A stretch of DNA of 64,000 bases, from the NCBI GenBank assembly GCA_030265395.1, contig JARFYF010000104.1:63659799-63723798 (forward strand), given 5' to 3'. Positions 27,962 to 39,645 of this stretch are shown here, in pieces. The DNA comes from Rhina ancylostomus (Eukaryota). Position 1 is the first letter of the stretch. Every line of letters begins with the position of its first letter. Made by a program: the position numbers and the translations under genes. The notes under the pieces were generated by a model. That model was given only the letters and a program-made list of their open reading frames with translations, was not told the DNA's origin and ran no database searches.

Positions 27962-28650
27962 ATGCCTGACCATACCACTTCTGGTATTACCAAATTTCAC
28001 ACTCCTGCCATCAATGGATTTGAATCTACAATTTACCTGAATCTACCCTGATGTCCAGGAGATTGGCCACTGACTCCAAAGATTGTTGTCTGTAGCAAAG
28101 GGAAAAGAAAGTCTTCTCCAGTGCCTTTGTTGAACATTTTCAAATCAAGTCATGAGCACCTTGTCACAGTAATGCCATTTCCCAAAGCTGATTGACAAAT
28201 GAGATATTCTCTCCTTTGAGATCAAGCAGCTGCCTTTGAGTGTTGCTTCTTCATCAAATTCTGTGGTCCCACACAACCATGCTTGAGGTCTGACTCTTTT
28301 CTCTCTACACAAGCAGCACTTAGATTTAAAAAAGGAAAGCTGGCTGTGCTATACTCTGTACAAAGTTAGCTCTACTCCCCTTGCACAGATTTGTTGTGCC
28401 AAGAAAGACATGGACTTTTTTTGTGGCAGAATTAGATATGAAAAATGCAAGAGGTGGGCACTTTGTCATCTCAGCTGGGATCTATTTATTGCTCTAGATT
28501 AGTTTTAATTGCCTAAAGAGGTCAAAGGGAATTCTATAATCTGTCTCATCCACAATAGGTTAAGGTTTTATTTAATTTATGGATCCTCTCCTCAGATGAC
28601 AAGACTGTAGATGGGTTTGTATTGCAACATATCTATATTGTTATGAATAA
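27962..28650 (+). pseudogene. Endogenous viral element: decayed paramyxovirus-like matrix (M) protein gene
   Basis: ATG at 27962 opens MPDHTTSGITKFHTPAINGFESTIYLNLP*CPGDWPLTPKIVVCSKGKRKSSPVPLLNIF..VMPFPK; shift near 28185 gives LIDK*DILSFEIKQLPLSV; then FFIKFCGPTQP; shift in the A-run near 28330 gives KAGCAILCTKLALLPLHRFVVPRKTWTFFVAELDMKNARGGHFVIS. These blocks are collinear and in register with recalled measles/Sendai M motifs (DGRLVPQVRVIDPG; KPEELLKEATELDIVV; GMIFNANKVALAP; NGYYTVP). In-frame TGA at 28049 and 28200. Match by eye; the 3' limit is uncertain. Confidence 0.6.
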
Positions 28651-29737
28651 TGGGCAATCGGATCGATGGGCAATGTTTTTTTTCTGTTGTACATTCTGGT
28701 ATGTTCATTTTTGCCACAGGCAAGAGACGCAATTTGGCCGTTCTTAAACACGACTATCTTGGCAAAACACATTGATGTTAACTGTATATTTTCTATCAGG
28801 TATTCTGGGCAGCTTTGTGCCTCTGCTATAGTTTTGACCAGCTCGGTAGTACTGACAGTCTGACCGTACTCAAGTTATTGGCACGCTAATCAGCCTTAGC
28901 AGCAAACATTGACTAAATACCTGTTCAACCTTTCCTGTCTAACGCACCACTCGGCCTCTCTTGCGCAATATTGTGCTCAGAATATAAATGCTATCTTGAT
29001 ATCATTCTTCTTGTAAACTTTTGTGGACATCTAGATGATGCAAAATAATAGTGGGAAGCAGCATCTTTTGTATTTCTATCACTCAGTGACATCATTAAGT
29101 ACCTAGGGTCTGGTATAATCTACCTCGTTATAAATTAAAATCGTTTGCGTTATTCCCAGCAATTTATCTCTGTACCAATCAAAGAGGAACACCCCCATTC
29201 ACAAGGAGTAGCACAATTTAATGGCAACTTTAGTCTCATTAATGAATCTTATCCCAAAAGCATTACGACACATCTGTCTGAAGTGTCACTGTACGTTGAT
29301 CAGGATTCTGTTCACATCACTAGCTTTGAACTGACTGAAGCAAGACAAAAGCTCCAACGTTCTTACACAGCACTAACACTCTAAGGAGAACTGTACCGGA
29401 GATTGCAGCGACCAGATTAGCAACACTTCTCAGGGTTCATGAATTACTATCTTCTGCTAAACAATTTAATCGGTTGTATGCTCAAGTGGGACATTGATTA
29501 CTTTATCCAGATTCTATTCTTATCCCCTAATTTACAGCGTGATGAGTTACCGCAGAATGGGCCATTAAAGAACATTGTAAAATAACAGGATTAGGCTCAT
29601 TAATGATGTTCGCGATGACTGAACAGCCAACACCCACTGCCACTATTCCTATATCAAGAACAGGTACTTTGGGGGCACCAACGTTGTACAGAGACTGAGT
29701 CAATATCTTTAGAAATGGGGGGGGAGGAAACGATAAA

Positions 29738-29816
29738 AGATTTAAGGGAATTAACCAAGGAAGGAAGTAGGCAATGTCGACAGGTTTTTTGTGTTTTTGT
29801 TACACTCTAGTTACTA
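29738..29816 (+). repeat. Right copy of 79-bp direct duplication
   Basis: agatttaagggaattaaccaaggaaggaagtaggcaatgtcgacagg...ctctagttacta, after which the interrupted CR1 3' end resumes. Confidence 0.9.
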
Positions 29817-32229
29817 ATATCTGGAAAACACTACCAGATCAGATTCAATAATTATTTTCAAAATACAGTCTGAAAAATACTTGAAGGTATCAAGTGGGAT
29901 AGTTCTTTCAAAAAGATACAAGAGGCTGAATAATCACCTCCTGTGCTATATACAAAGAGTATTTGGCAATTTCACATGACTGCACAAGTTTGCCATTCAG
30001 CAAACCTTCCCCATTATCTACAAGTGTGACCACATTGGCAGAGAATTTGATTGATTGGGAAGTACTCTGAGGGTTGCAAAAGAAACAAGGAAACAAGTAT
30101 TTTTATTCTTCTGCCTCTTCAGTCACCATGTTGAAGCCCCCAGAGTAGCATCCCTTGTACTTTCTGCCTTTGCTGATGGAGATAACCATTAGAGTTGGCC
30201 CTGAACATTTAGTGAAGTCCAAGAAATAAAAAGTGTAGAAATTCTATTCCACACAACCACAGAAGTATCTATTCCCTTGAGACAAATTTAGCACTGTAAT
30301 TTTACAAAACTCTTTTTGATAAATGATTGAATTTATCTGAACTGAGAGTAATTTTGATACCAGACAGAACATGACCGCTTTGCTCATCACGCATTGCAAA
30401 TTTTCTATCCATTTAAAATACAACAAATGGCCAATTATATATGCAAGCACACTGCACTCCAGACACTAACCAGTTTAAATAAGTGGTGTTCATAAACCTG
30501 TTGCCCAGATGGTCTGACCCCTGGATTCTTGACCATCTGCTAAACAATGCACAACTGGGATGTTTTTCCCAAGTGCCCCTTCTGTATATACAAGCATCTT
30601 TGTTCCCCCACAACAAATGTGGGGGAAGAAAAACACTTAGAATAGTCTTGCATCTGATCTATGAACATACCGTTACACTTTTAATTGCCATGGTTCAGAA
30701 GTGTCTTGAGAATACAGATAACTAATTGAATAGATGTAGAGCAAAATACATGCAAATACATAGCAAAAAAAAATGTAATCAAGCCAGTGGAAAACAAAAT
30801 ACCTACTCCATCCCATCTGTGCAAGCTTCAAGATTTGGCCACATTGAAACATCAAGTTAGCTTTTCTTCAAAAGAACTACTATTTTTGCCGGAACAGCTC
30901 TATGAACATCAAGATCTTTGGTGTTCCTATTGTGCAATGTCAGAAGGATGTAAATCAAGTTACATCATTCTGTTCCCATCATTCATACAGCCCCATAGTA
31001 TGGTACAGCATCTACCTAATAAAAATTGCTTCTATTGGAGGAGGACCTGGAAACTTGCATTAGTCCATAATATAGTTCCTCCCCAAGATTCATGTGAGTG
31101 TTAGATTCCACCTCACAAAATTCAGATTACAGCAGAATTTACATCAAGATGAAGAGAAATGGAGTATTGAAATGGAGTATTGAAAACATCCAGTGACAAA
31201 TCGTGTGCAGCCAAGAAAGGGAGAAGCCCTTCCCTTCCTCCCGGCACACAGAAATCAATTAACATAAAAGAGGTCATTCAGCCCAGGCCACTACTGCTGA
31301 CTTGAAAGAGCTTGCAAAATAATTTCACTTCAGCAATTCTGCACCAAAGGTCTGTATTCCTTTCACGTTCAGTATTTTTGCCAAGAACTTCCTAGCAGTG
31401 CCAGACCTTCCACGTTCACCATTCACCTACTGACCACCCGCACTTGCCTCACGATGATCCTCAAGTGAGGGAGGCTGACTCTAATTTCATTGGCAAGGTC
31501 CTGCAGTAAGATCTTCCAGATACCAGTTCCAACATGTACCAGGGCCAGAATAAGCTCAACCCACTGAAACACTAGAAGAAAAAAAAGCTGTCCACCAGGT
31601 AAGCTACAGCTGTCAAAAACATTCAAAATCAGATCCTACCTAGATCGCTCTCTTGAACAATGTATTAATACACTTTCCCCCAAGACCATCGTCACATGTT
31701 CTTGTGTCTGGACCATTCTCCTCAGAGGGTCAAGGTCAACCCTCAACTTCATTGCCACAAAACCTTTCCAATTTGCTGCTCACTGTTGTATCAGAAGCAA
31801 CTGAGGCATGCATTTGCAAAATTATTTCATTTATTTTGATTTGAGAGGAAAGGAGACATCTTGGTTATTGGGATTTGTCAGCATTGCTGGCTTCCCATGA
31901 GTTTTTCAGCAATACTCCAGTGCAAGGGATTTCTTGCTGCTGGTGAGACCACCATAGTTATTACTGGCAGGATCTCCTGTGCCCTACTCCTCCCATTACA
32001 CAGGACCTTCCTCCTCAGGACCTTTGGGATATTTTGTTTTACAGTAGGATCCAACTGGGAGTGCTACTCAATCCTTTCACAGCCCACCAAAAATGGATGC
32101 ATCATTTCCTAGGTGGCTATGTATACTATAGGTGATCAAATATTTGAAGTGAAATGTGGGACAAAATACTGACAAACCTTTTTGCATTTTAACCAACTTT
32201 TGTAAAATTGTAAGTACAAATCAATCTGA

Positions 32230-32760
32230 CACACAAAATTGGGTTCAATTTTGGTCACTTCTTCATAGAAAGAATGTGGAAGCTTTGGAGAGGGTGCAGA
32301 GCTGGTTTACCAAGATGCTGCCTGATTTGGAGAACGTGCTATGAGGAGAGGTTTAACAAACCGAGGCTGTTTTCTCTAGAATGGTGGAAGCAGAGAGGAA
32401 ATTTGATAGTTTAGAAAACGTGAGGAATAGATAGACAGCCAGTATCGTTTTCCCCCAGATTGAAATGTCTAGTACCAGAGGGCATGTATTCAAGGTGAGA
32501 GGGGGAAATACAAAGGAGATGTGCGATGCAAGTTTTTTTTAAAACAACAAAGGGGGGGCTGGAATGCACTGCTGGGGTGGTGGTAGAGGCAGATAACATA
32601 GGAGTGTTTAAGAGACTCTTAGATAGGGACATGAATGTGCAGAGAGAAGGATATTGTCAATGTGAGGGGAAGAGGGATTAGATTAATTAAGATCCATTGG
32701 TTTAATTAGTTCAACACAACAACGTGGGTCAAAGGGCCTATTCTGTGCTGTACTGTTCGA
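32230..32760 (+). mobile_element. CR1 LINE 3' fragment
   Basis: WVQFWSLLHRKNVEALERVQSWFTKMLP; tail ctgtgctgtactgttc. Confidence 0.85.
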
Positions 32761-34555
32761 AACCAAAAACCATGCATCATTTAAGTACATCTATTACTGT
32801 AGATTGAACATGTAGGCATTTCTGAGATCATAGCTGATATTATGTATTCAGGTAGCATCACATCAGAACCCTTACTAATTAACAACACCTTGTTAGTGTG
32901 AAACATTTTAAAAAGGTGTCAATTATTTTTGAGTAGTGCAGCAATAATCTTGGTCAGAAGCTTCCCAGAAAATATAGTATATTTTTGTTGCCAGAGTCGA
33001 TTATTGGCCACAAAACAGCAAGGCACACCCATNNNNNNNNNNNNNNNNNNNNNNNNNNNNNNNNNNNNNNNNNNNNNNNNNNNNNNNNNNNNNNNNNNNN
33101 NNNNNNNNNNNGGTGACTGATAGCAGCTATAGACCAAGGCAAAGGCCATGAGATTTTAGGTCCCAGCAACACAAGGGATCAGCAAATTTTCACCCGAGTG
33201 ATAACCTTACCTGAAGAACATGGCCCAATCTTTAATGGATATACTCAAAAGGAAACTTGAATTATTAATCACCATTCACATCTTTATCAGATTCTTCCAC
33301 TTTGCAGCAAATGATAGTACTTTGAAACTTGGTCACTGCTGTAATGTCAGAAATGTGTGCAGCCAGCTCAGTGTGACAACAACCGTAGTAGGGCCACAGG
33401 ATAATTATACAGGACACAAGAATAACTCCACTACTTCAGGGCTATTGCTTAATGACTTATCCCAAACTCAACAACATTGCACACAAGTGCCAAATGCCAA
33501 TGTAGCAGCAGAACCTACAACCTAACTCAAGAGACAAGAGTCCTACAAATGAGTCATGTCTGTCACTATGCAAATAGGATAATTTAATGAAATCATTTGT
33601 CTTGTTATTCATTAATGATTATTATTTGCCGAGTTTCATAATAACAAAACCAATTTTTTTTAAAAAGCCATATTCTTCAAAAAAAAGCCCACAAGTGATA
33701 TGTTCAAATTTAATGGTTGTGCAGAGTCAATAAATTAAATTGAAATGTTGATAGGTACCAAGATTGAGGTTATGTCAATGCAAGTGCAAATGACTACACT
33801 ATAGCTGGTGTTAATTCAGTTTTTGACTGAAAAGCACTTTGAATGCTCCAAGCATTCTGACAGATGCAAAAGTATGAAAGATACCCCCCACCAAAGAAAT
33901 TTGCTGATAATTTTAGAAACTGAATATTAAGCAAATATGAAAGCGTTAAGTGTTCATGGAAAAGAAGAAAGAATGCTTCTTTGGTGGAGGAAGGAAGCAG
34001 GAGGGATGCAGAAGAAAGTAGTATGCAAAGAGCATTAGAAAGAATCTTACATAGGGTTGCAGGAAGATCCCCCGACAAATAAGATACACTGGAGTATAAA
34101 TATAATGGGCAGCAAATTAGTCAACTGTATTTAATAATCAAAATAATGATTTTATAACATCAACATTTTGAAAAATCACACCACCATATGAAACATATCA
34201 TTTACATCACAAAACAGAGTTAAATATGCTATTATTAATAATCCCTTGCCTGCACACTGCATTGAAAACATCAGTTAGGCCAGCTGGAATTAGATGGGCC
34301 AGAAAGAAAGTTCTCTATGCATAATAAGATCATTCTTCAGCTCCATGATGTAGTTGGCCATTGAACAGATTGTCTATGCCACTAATTCATTAATCACCAG
34401 ATGGATTGCTCAGAACAAGAGGAATATTGTGATATGGCTCTTCTGGATTCCTATTCATTTGACTAACTTGGATCCTATCTGTACAGACATCAACTACAGG
34501 AGAGGCGAGAAGCTTTGCAGAAATACACCACACCTATGCACAAGAGAAAAAAATG

Positions 34556-34939
34556 CCAATTCCTGTTAGGTCATGGCTCAAGGACCTTCACCAAAATGAG
34601 TGCTCTTCACCAAACCCACTATTGAGAACATAGAACTATAGATTACAGATAATTCCTATATTGAGTTAGTGTCATAAAGCATGGAAACAGGTCCTTCAGC
34701 CCATCATGCTGACTGTGTGCCCTAGCAAGCTAGTCCCATCTGCCTGTAATTGGCCAATAGCCCTCTAAACCTCTCCCATCCATGTACTTATCTAGATGGC
34801 TTTTAAATGTTGCACATGCACCCACCTCAACCACTATTTCTGGCAGCTCATTCCAAATGCGCAACATTCTTTGCAATGAAGAAGCTACGCCTGATGTCCC
34901 TTTTAAATCTCTTGCTTCTGATCTTAAACCTATGCCCTC
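34556..34939 (+). repeat. Locally copied segment (unique flank plus CR1 tail) homologous to 39171-39546
   Basis: ccaattcctgttaggtcatggctca..ctcttcaccaaacccactatt.agaacatagaactatagattacagataat..cttaaacctatgccctc occurs at both sites. The 34.5 kb copy is bracketed by a 36-bp direct repeat (34515-34550, 34940-34975). Confidence 0.85.
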
Positions 34940-35199
34940 TTGCAGAACTACACCACACATATGCACAAGAGAAAACAAAACTGTTCACATTACATGCTAA
35001 ATTAAAATGCAACAATTCAGATTTTAGAAAAAATTGAAAACTATGAATATTTAACCACAAGTTTCAAGATGCAAACTATAATTATGTAATTTAAAAACCA
35101 ATGCATTTAATACCTCAGGTCATTTTTTTTTAAAAGAGCAAATCCACACCGTCTATGTGCCAGAAAATGCCTTTACATTCCAGTCACCCTGTTAAAGAT

Positions 35200-35760
35200 C
35201 AAGACTTGTCCAGGTAATGCTCTACTTCTGCACTTGCTCTTCATCTTACTCAGAGTAAGAATAAGATTCCCCTTGTCCTCACGATCTTCCACTTTCAGCC
35301 AGCCCATCTATATTTTCCACCATCTTCAAATGCAATAGCACCACAACCAGATACAAGTACGGCTACCCTCTCAGGATTCTGAAGGGGTAGTTACTTCCAG
35401 GATTCCCCAGTTTACTGCATCTCTACCAGCTCTCTAGTCTCACCATATCTTCCAATGCAACTGCAGAAAATGCTACACCTTGTTTTCCTTTTCCATCATC
35501 CCAAGACCCAAGCACTACTCCAGATGAAGCAAAAATTCACTTGCACTTAATTCCTCTTACTGCTTTCTCTGCTCATGTGCTCTATTCTACACTGGAGAAA
35601 CCAATTATCACTTTACAGTCCCTTTAGTCTGCAAGAGTGACCTAGGGTGACCAATTGCTTATTATTCTCCATCCAATTCCCATTCTATTTACCTTTAGTC
35701 TCTTACACTGTTGCAAAAAAAAAAGCAAGCCCAACCCAGGCTCAAACAGTATCTCATCCT
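35200..35760 (+). mobile_element. Penelope-like retroelement fragment (GIY-YIG region)
   Basis: ccccttgtcctcac (PLVLT), caaaaattcacttgcac (QKFTCT), ttctacactggagaaacc (FYTGET, the YIG-like motif). Confidence 0.7.
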
Positions 35761-36720
35761 CGACTTCCTCATTGGGAGCCAACAGTCAGTGCGGATTGTC
35801 AATAACAGCTTCTCCTCACTGACAATCAACACAGGCACACCAAGGATGTGTGCTTAGCCCACTGCTCTACTCTCACGACTGTGGGGCTAGGCACAGCTCA
35901 AACACCATCCATAAATTCGCCCATGACTTCATCGCTGTCGGCAGAATCTCAGATGCAACAAGGAGGCGTACAGGAATGAGTATATCAGTTGGTTGAGTGG
36001 TGTTGCAACAATGTCAGCATGACCAAGTAATTGATTGTGGACTTCAGGACGGGGAAGTCTGGAGAACACACGCCAGTCAGTCTTCATTAAGGAGTCAGCA
36101 GTGGAAAAGGGTGAGCAGCTTCAAGTTCCTGGGCGTCAACATCTCAGAGGATCTACCTTGGGCCCAACACATTAATGCAATCATGAGGAAGGTAGGCCAG
36201 CAGCTCTACTTTGTTAGGATTTTGAAGAGATTTGGTATGTCAAAGATTTGCAAATTTCTATAGATGTATGGTGGAGAACATTCTGACTGGTTGCATCACT
36301 GCCTGATGTGGAGTCTCCAATGCACAGCATTGAAAGAGCATGCAGAGGGTTGTAGACTCAGTCAGCTCCATCATAGGCACAACCCTCCCCGCCACAAGAT
36401 ACCTTCAAGAGGCAGTGTCTCAAGACAGCGGCATCCATCATTAAGGACCCTTACCATCCAGTACATGCTCTCTTCTCATTACCGCCATCAGGGAGGAGGT
36501 ACAGGAGCCTGAAGATCCACACTCAATATTTTAGGAACAGCTTCTTCCCCTCCACCATCGGATATCTGAACAGTCCAGGAACCCATGAGCACTACCTCGT
36601 TATTCCTCTTTTGCACTATTTATTTATTTTTTTTACAACTTATAGTAATTTTTATGTCTTGCACTGTACTGCTGCCACTAGACAACTTTCATGACATATG
36701 TCAGTGATAAATCCCTGTTT
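35760..36720 (+). mobile_element. Rex1/Babar-clade LINE, 5'-truncated
   Basis: DFLIGSQQSVRI.NNSFSSLTINTG.P.GCVLSPLLYS..HDC; KFAHD; VSSFKFLGVNISEDLPW; 3' UTR tgcactgtactgctgcc..gataaa. Confidence 0.85.
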
Positions 36721-37202
36721 TTATTCCTGAGGGTTTTGCTACTGTTGTGACGATGGATAGCCTGCAGAACCTACAAGGAACTTTGGGCTTAGTACTTTAT
36801 CTGCAAAACTTAATCTTTCACATCCTTAACCCCTTCTCATAGCCTGCAGTTGATGTAGCTTAAGCACTCCTGTTCTAAACTCTTGACCTCTGTTCACACC
36901 TCTATCTAGAAACTCAGTCATATAAGGACATTCCCTAATGGCAAGCTTTTACTAATTTTCTCACTTATTCCCAGGGAAAGGAAGTGAAAAAGTGAGCAAG
37001 GAAGGGATATCTCCATTTGTAGCTTTCAATACAATCTTCTGCTGGATTCATGGAGAATGAGCATTACTTACTAATCACAGACAGAAATGCTGCTATACAG
37101 CAGCTTGAACACCCAGAGGTGACCTCAAAACTTGAAAAGGATTAAGGTTAATCCATTATTCCTAATTGCATCCATTATCAGACAGGTCTAACACCAGAGG
37201 AA

Positions 37203-37211
37203 GATAGATAG

Positions 37212-37285
<74 letters not shown>
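37203..37285. repeat. (GATA)n microsatellite
   Basis: Near-perfect gata run ending at an N gap. Confidence 0.95.
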
Positions 37286-37385
37286 NNNNNNNNNNNNNNN
37301 NNNNNNNNNNNNNNNNNNNNNNNNNNNNNNNNNNNNNNNNNNNNNNNNNNNNNNNNNNNNNNNNNNNNNNNNNNNNNNNNNNNNN

Positions 37386-37648
37386 TCTCAAGACAGCGGC
37401 ATCCATCATTAAGGACCCTTACCATCCACGTTACTACCATCAGGAAGGAACCCGAAGACTCATTCAACATTTCAGGAACACTTTCTTCCCTTCCACCATC
37501 AGATTTCTGAACAGTCCATGAACACTACCTTGTTATTCCTCTCTTACACTATTTGTTTATTTTTGTAATAGTAATTTATGTCTTGCACTGTACTGCTGCC
37601 ACTAAACAACAAATTTCACAACATACATCAATGATAATAAACCTGATT
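37386..37648 (+). mobile_element. Rex1-type LINE 3' end fragment
   Basis: Near-identical start to 36418-36460, with the same 3' UTR. Confidence 0.8.
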
Positions 37649-37861
37649 AATCTCCCAGTGTATTATAACCTTCAGAATTCATTAACTCAATAATTTGTAT
37701 ATTTCAGAACTGGTCAGGTCCTGAACCAATAAACAGGAACTCAGTTTTCTCTCTCCAAAAAGATGCTACCCAGCATTCTCTTTCATTTCAGACTTTCAGC
37801 AGCAGCCGTGTTCCATCATTGGACTTTTCCCACCTCCTACCCCTCTCCAATCTTCTATTTA

Positions 37862-38285
37862 CAGTGAAACTCCAATAATCTGGTGCCATCATGACTTTGG
37901 TAATGCTGCATCAGCGGATTTTTCAGACTATTGAATGGCATTCCTATTCATACCCAAAGCATTTCCATTTTACTATTTTTAATATTATGCAGCAAGGTAA
38001 TAAGTTTTCCAGGGAATCCAGCATGTTTAAAGGGAGCAGGAAACATACAAGTACTCCGGACCCAACTCTGGCCATAAATCTACCCGCATTCCTGACAGCT
38101 GGTGTCCCCAACCCTGCATATTCAGTTCATTCTCTGGGCCCTGGCTGCACTCCCATCACCCAACTCTGGCCATAGAGCCTGCTCGACTTTGGACCCCCAC
38201 CTGCATTCCAGACTAATGAGCAAGCCAGATGTTGGACCATCAAGATTTCCAAACAATCAGAAGCTGGATTATTGGAGATGTTCTG
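37862..38285. mobile_element. Tc1/mariner-type MITE
   Basis: TIR cagtgaaactccaataatctgg at left and its imperfect reverse complement ctggattattggagatgttctg at right; TA precedes the left end. Confidence 0.55.
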
Positions 38286-39269
38286 TCCATCTCCTCTAAG
38301 CAGATCAGCTGCAGTGAGCAAACCTTCATCTACAGGTGCTGTCACCACCTCACGGTTCCCCCATCCTTCCCATCACTTCCTTTGTTTCCTCCCTCCCCCT
38401 TTTCAGCATGTGATTTCTAACCTTTCCTAGTTCTGATGAAAGATTAACTTTGAACCCTTTGTTTCTTTCCCTACAGAAGCTGTTTGACCTGCTGTATTTC
38501 TAGGTTTTTCAATTTTAAGTACTGAAATAAATGTCTAACTTGTGTTAGCTTACTGACTTCACTCTACTGTTACGTGATGGTGGGAGAGTGATATTGCATT
38601 GGATTGTAATGAATGACTGATTACCAAATATATTGAACTATAAGAAATATTTCTCCTGCAATTCATCTTAAGTTTTTAAAAAATAACTATGCCAAGCACA
38701 AAATAATTTTTGACTTTCATATCATTATACAGTCTCTCCCCCACCAGGCATCTGGGAAGTTTATTTTAACCTTTTATGTACCATTACTGAATTACAGAAA
38801 CCAATAACATCTCAAGTAGAAATGTTTAATTTTTGTCATAATTTTGATCAGTGTTAACTGGTCAAAGCAAGGCATATAATGCAAACTCTCTTGACAGTAG
38901 AGGAAACCATTAAGTGTTCCAAATCGTCCCTTCAAGTCAAATGACAAGGTTAATAAGATGACTTGTTGAATATATTACAAAACTGCAGAATTATGTTTAT
39001 TTGCATTATATTACAAACATATTTCTACCAAACTAACTGCTGAATATTCATACCATAATTATATTGCAACGGGCTTCCTTAATTCTTTTTTAAGACCAAT
39101 AATTACCTGGATGTCCTTCTAAAGCTATGAGAAAACATTTTCCCCCCTCTGTCCTTTCTCTCTGGAAACTCCAATTTCTGATAGGTCATGGCTCAGAGTA
39201 CAATGCTCTTCACCAAACCCACTATTAAGAACATAGAACTATAGATTACAGATAATAATTCACAGATTA

Positions 39270-39645
39270 TAGAGTCAGAGTCATACAGCATGGAAACAGG
39301 CCCTCGGCCCATTGTGCTGACTGTGTTGCCCAGCAAGCTAGTCCCATCTGCCTGTATTTGGCCCATAGCCCTCTACACCTCTCCCATCCATGTACTTATC
39401 TAGATGGCTTTTAAATCTTGCTAATGCACCTGCCTCAACCACTATTTCTGGCAGCTCATTCCAAATACACACCACCCCTTGTATAAAGCAGCTACCCTGG
39501 ATGTCCCTTTTAAATTTCTCGCCTCTGATCTTAAACCTATGCCCTCCTTTTTGACTTTTCCCCCCAGGGAGGGGGTGCTCCGTGCTTTCACCCTGTCTAT
39601 GCCGCTCATGATCTTTTATACCTCCATCAGGTCAGCCCTCAATCT
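39270..39645 (-). mobile_element. CR1 3' end fragment
   Basis: agagtcatacagcatggaaacaggccctcggccc..ccctgtctatgccgctcatgatcttttatacctccatcaggtca. Confidence 0.8.

Larger units (their letters stand above)
27420..29910 (+). mobile_element. Old CR1-type LINE 3' fragment split by the insert (pieces ~27420-27719 and ~29738-29910)
   Basis: Degenerate CR1 ORF2 C-terminal/3' signatures (gatagaagtgatcaaaattatga; atctggaaaacactacca; aaaatacttgaa) continue across the insert. Confidence 0.55.

Noticed and set aside
28037-28090. Minus-strand exon-like unit with good acceptor and donor
   Set aside because: Lies inside the M-like relic and encodes no recognisable peptide; likely fortuitous.
27962-28300. 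Bornavirus matrix similarity (PGDWP vs PGWP)
   Set aside because: Only one short motif; paramyxovirus M explains several more in-register blocks over a longer span.
28666-28863. ORF starting with a signal-peptide-like hydrophobic stretch (MGNVFFLLYILVCSF)
   Set aside because: Hydrophobicity stems from a T-rich run; it stops after 65 aa with no glycoprotein motifs.
31423-31626. Exon-like minus-strand ORF with strong acceptor
   Set aside because: Peptide unrecognised and no partner exons; cannot support it as coding.
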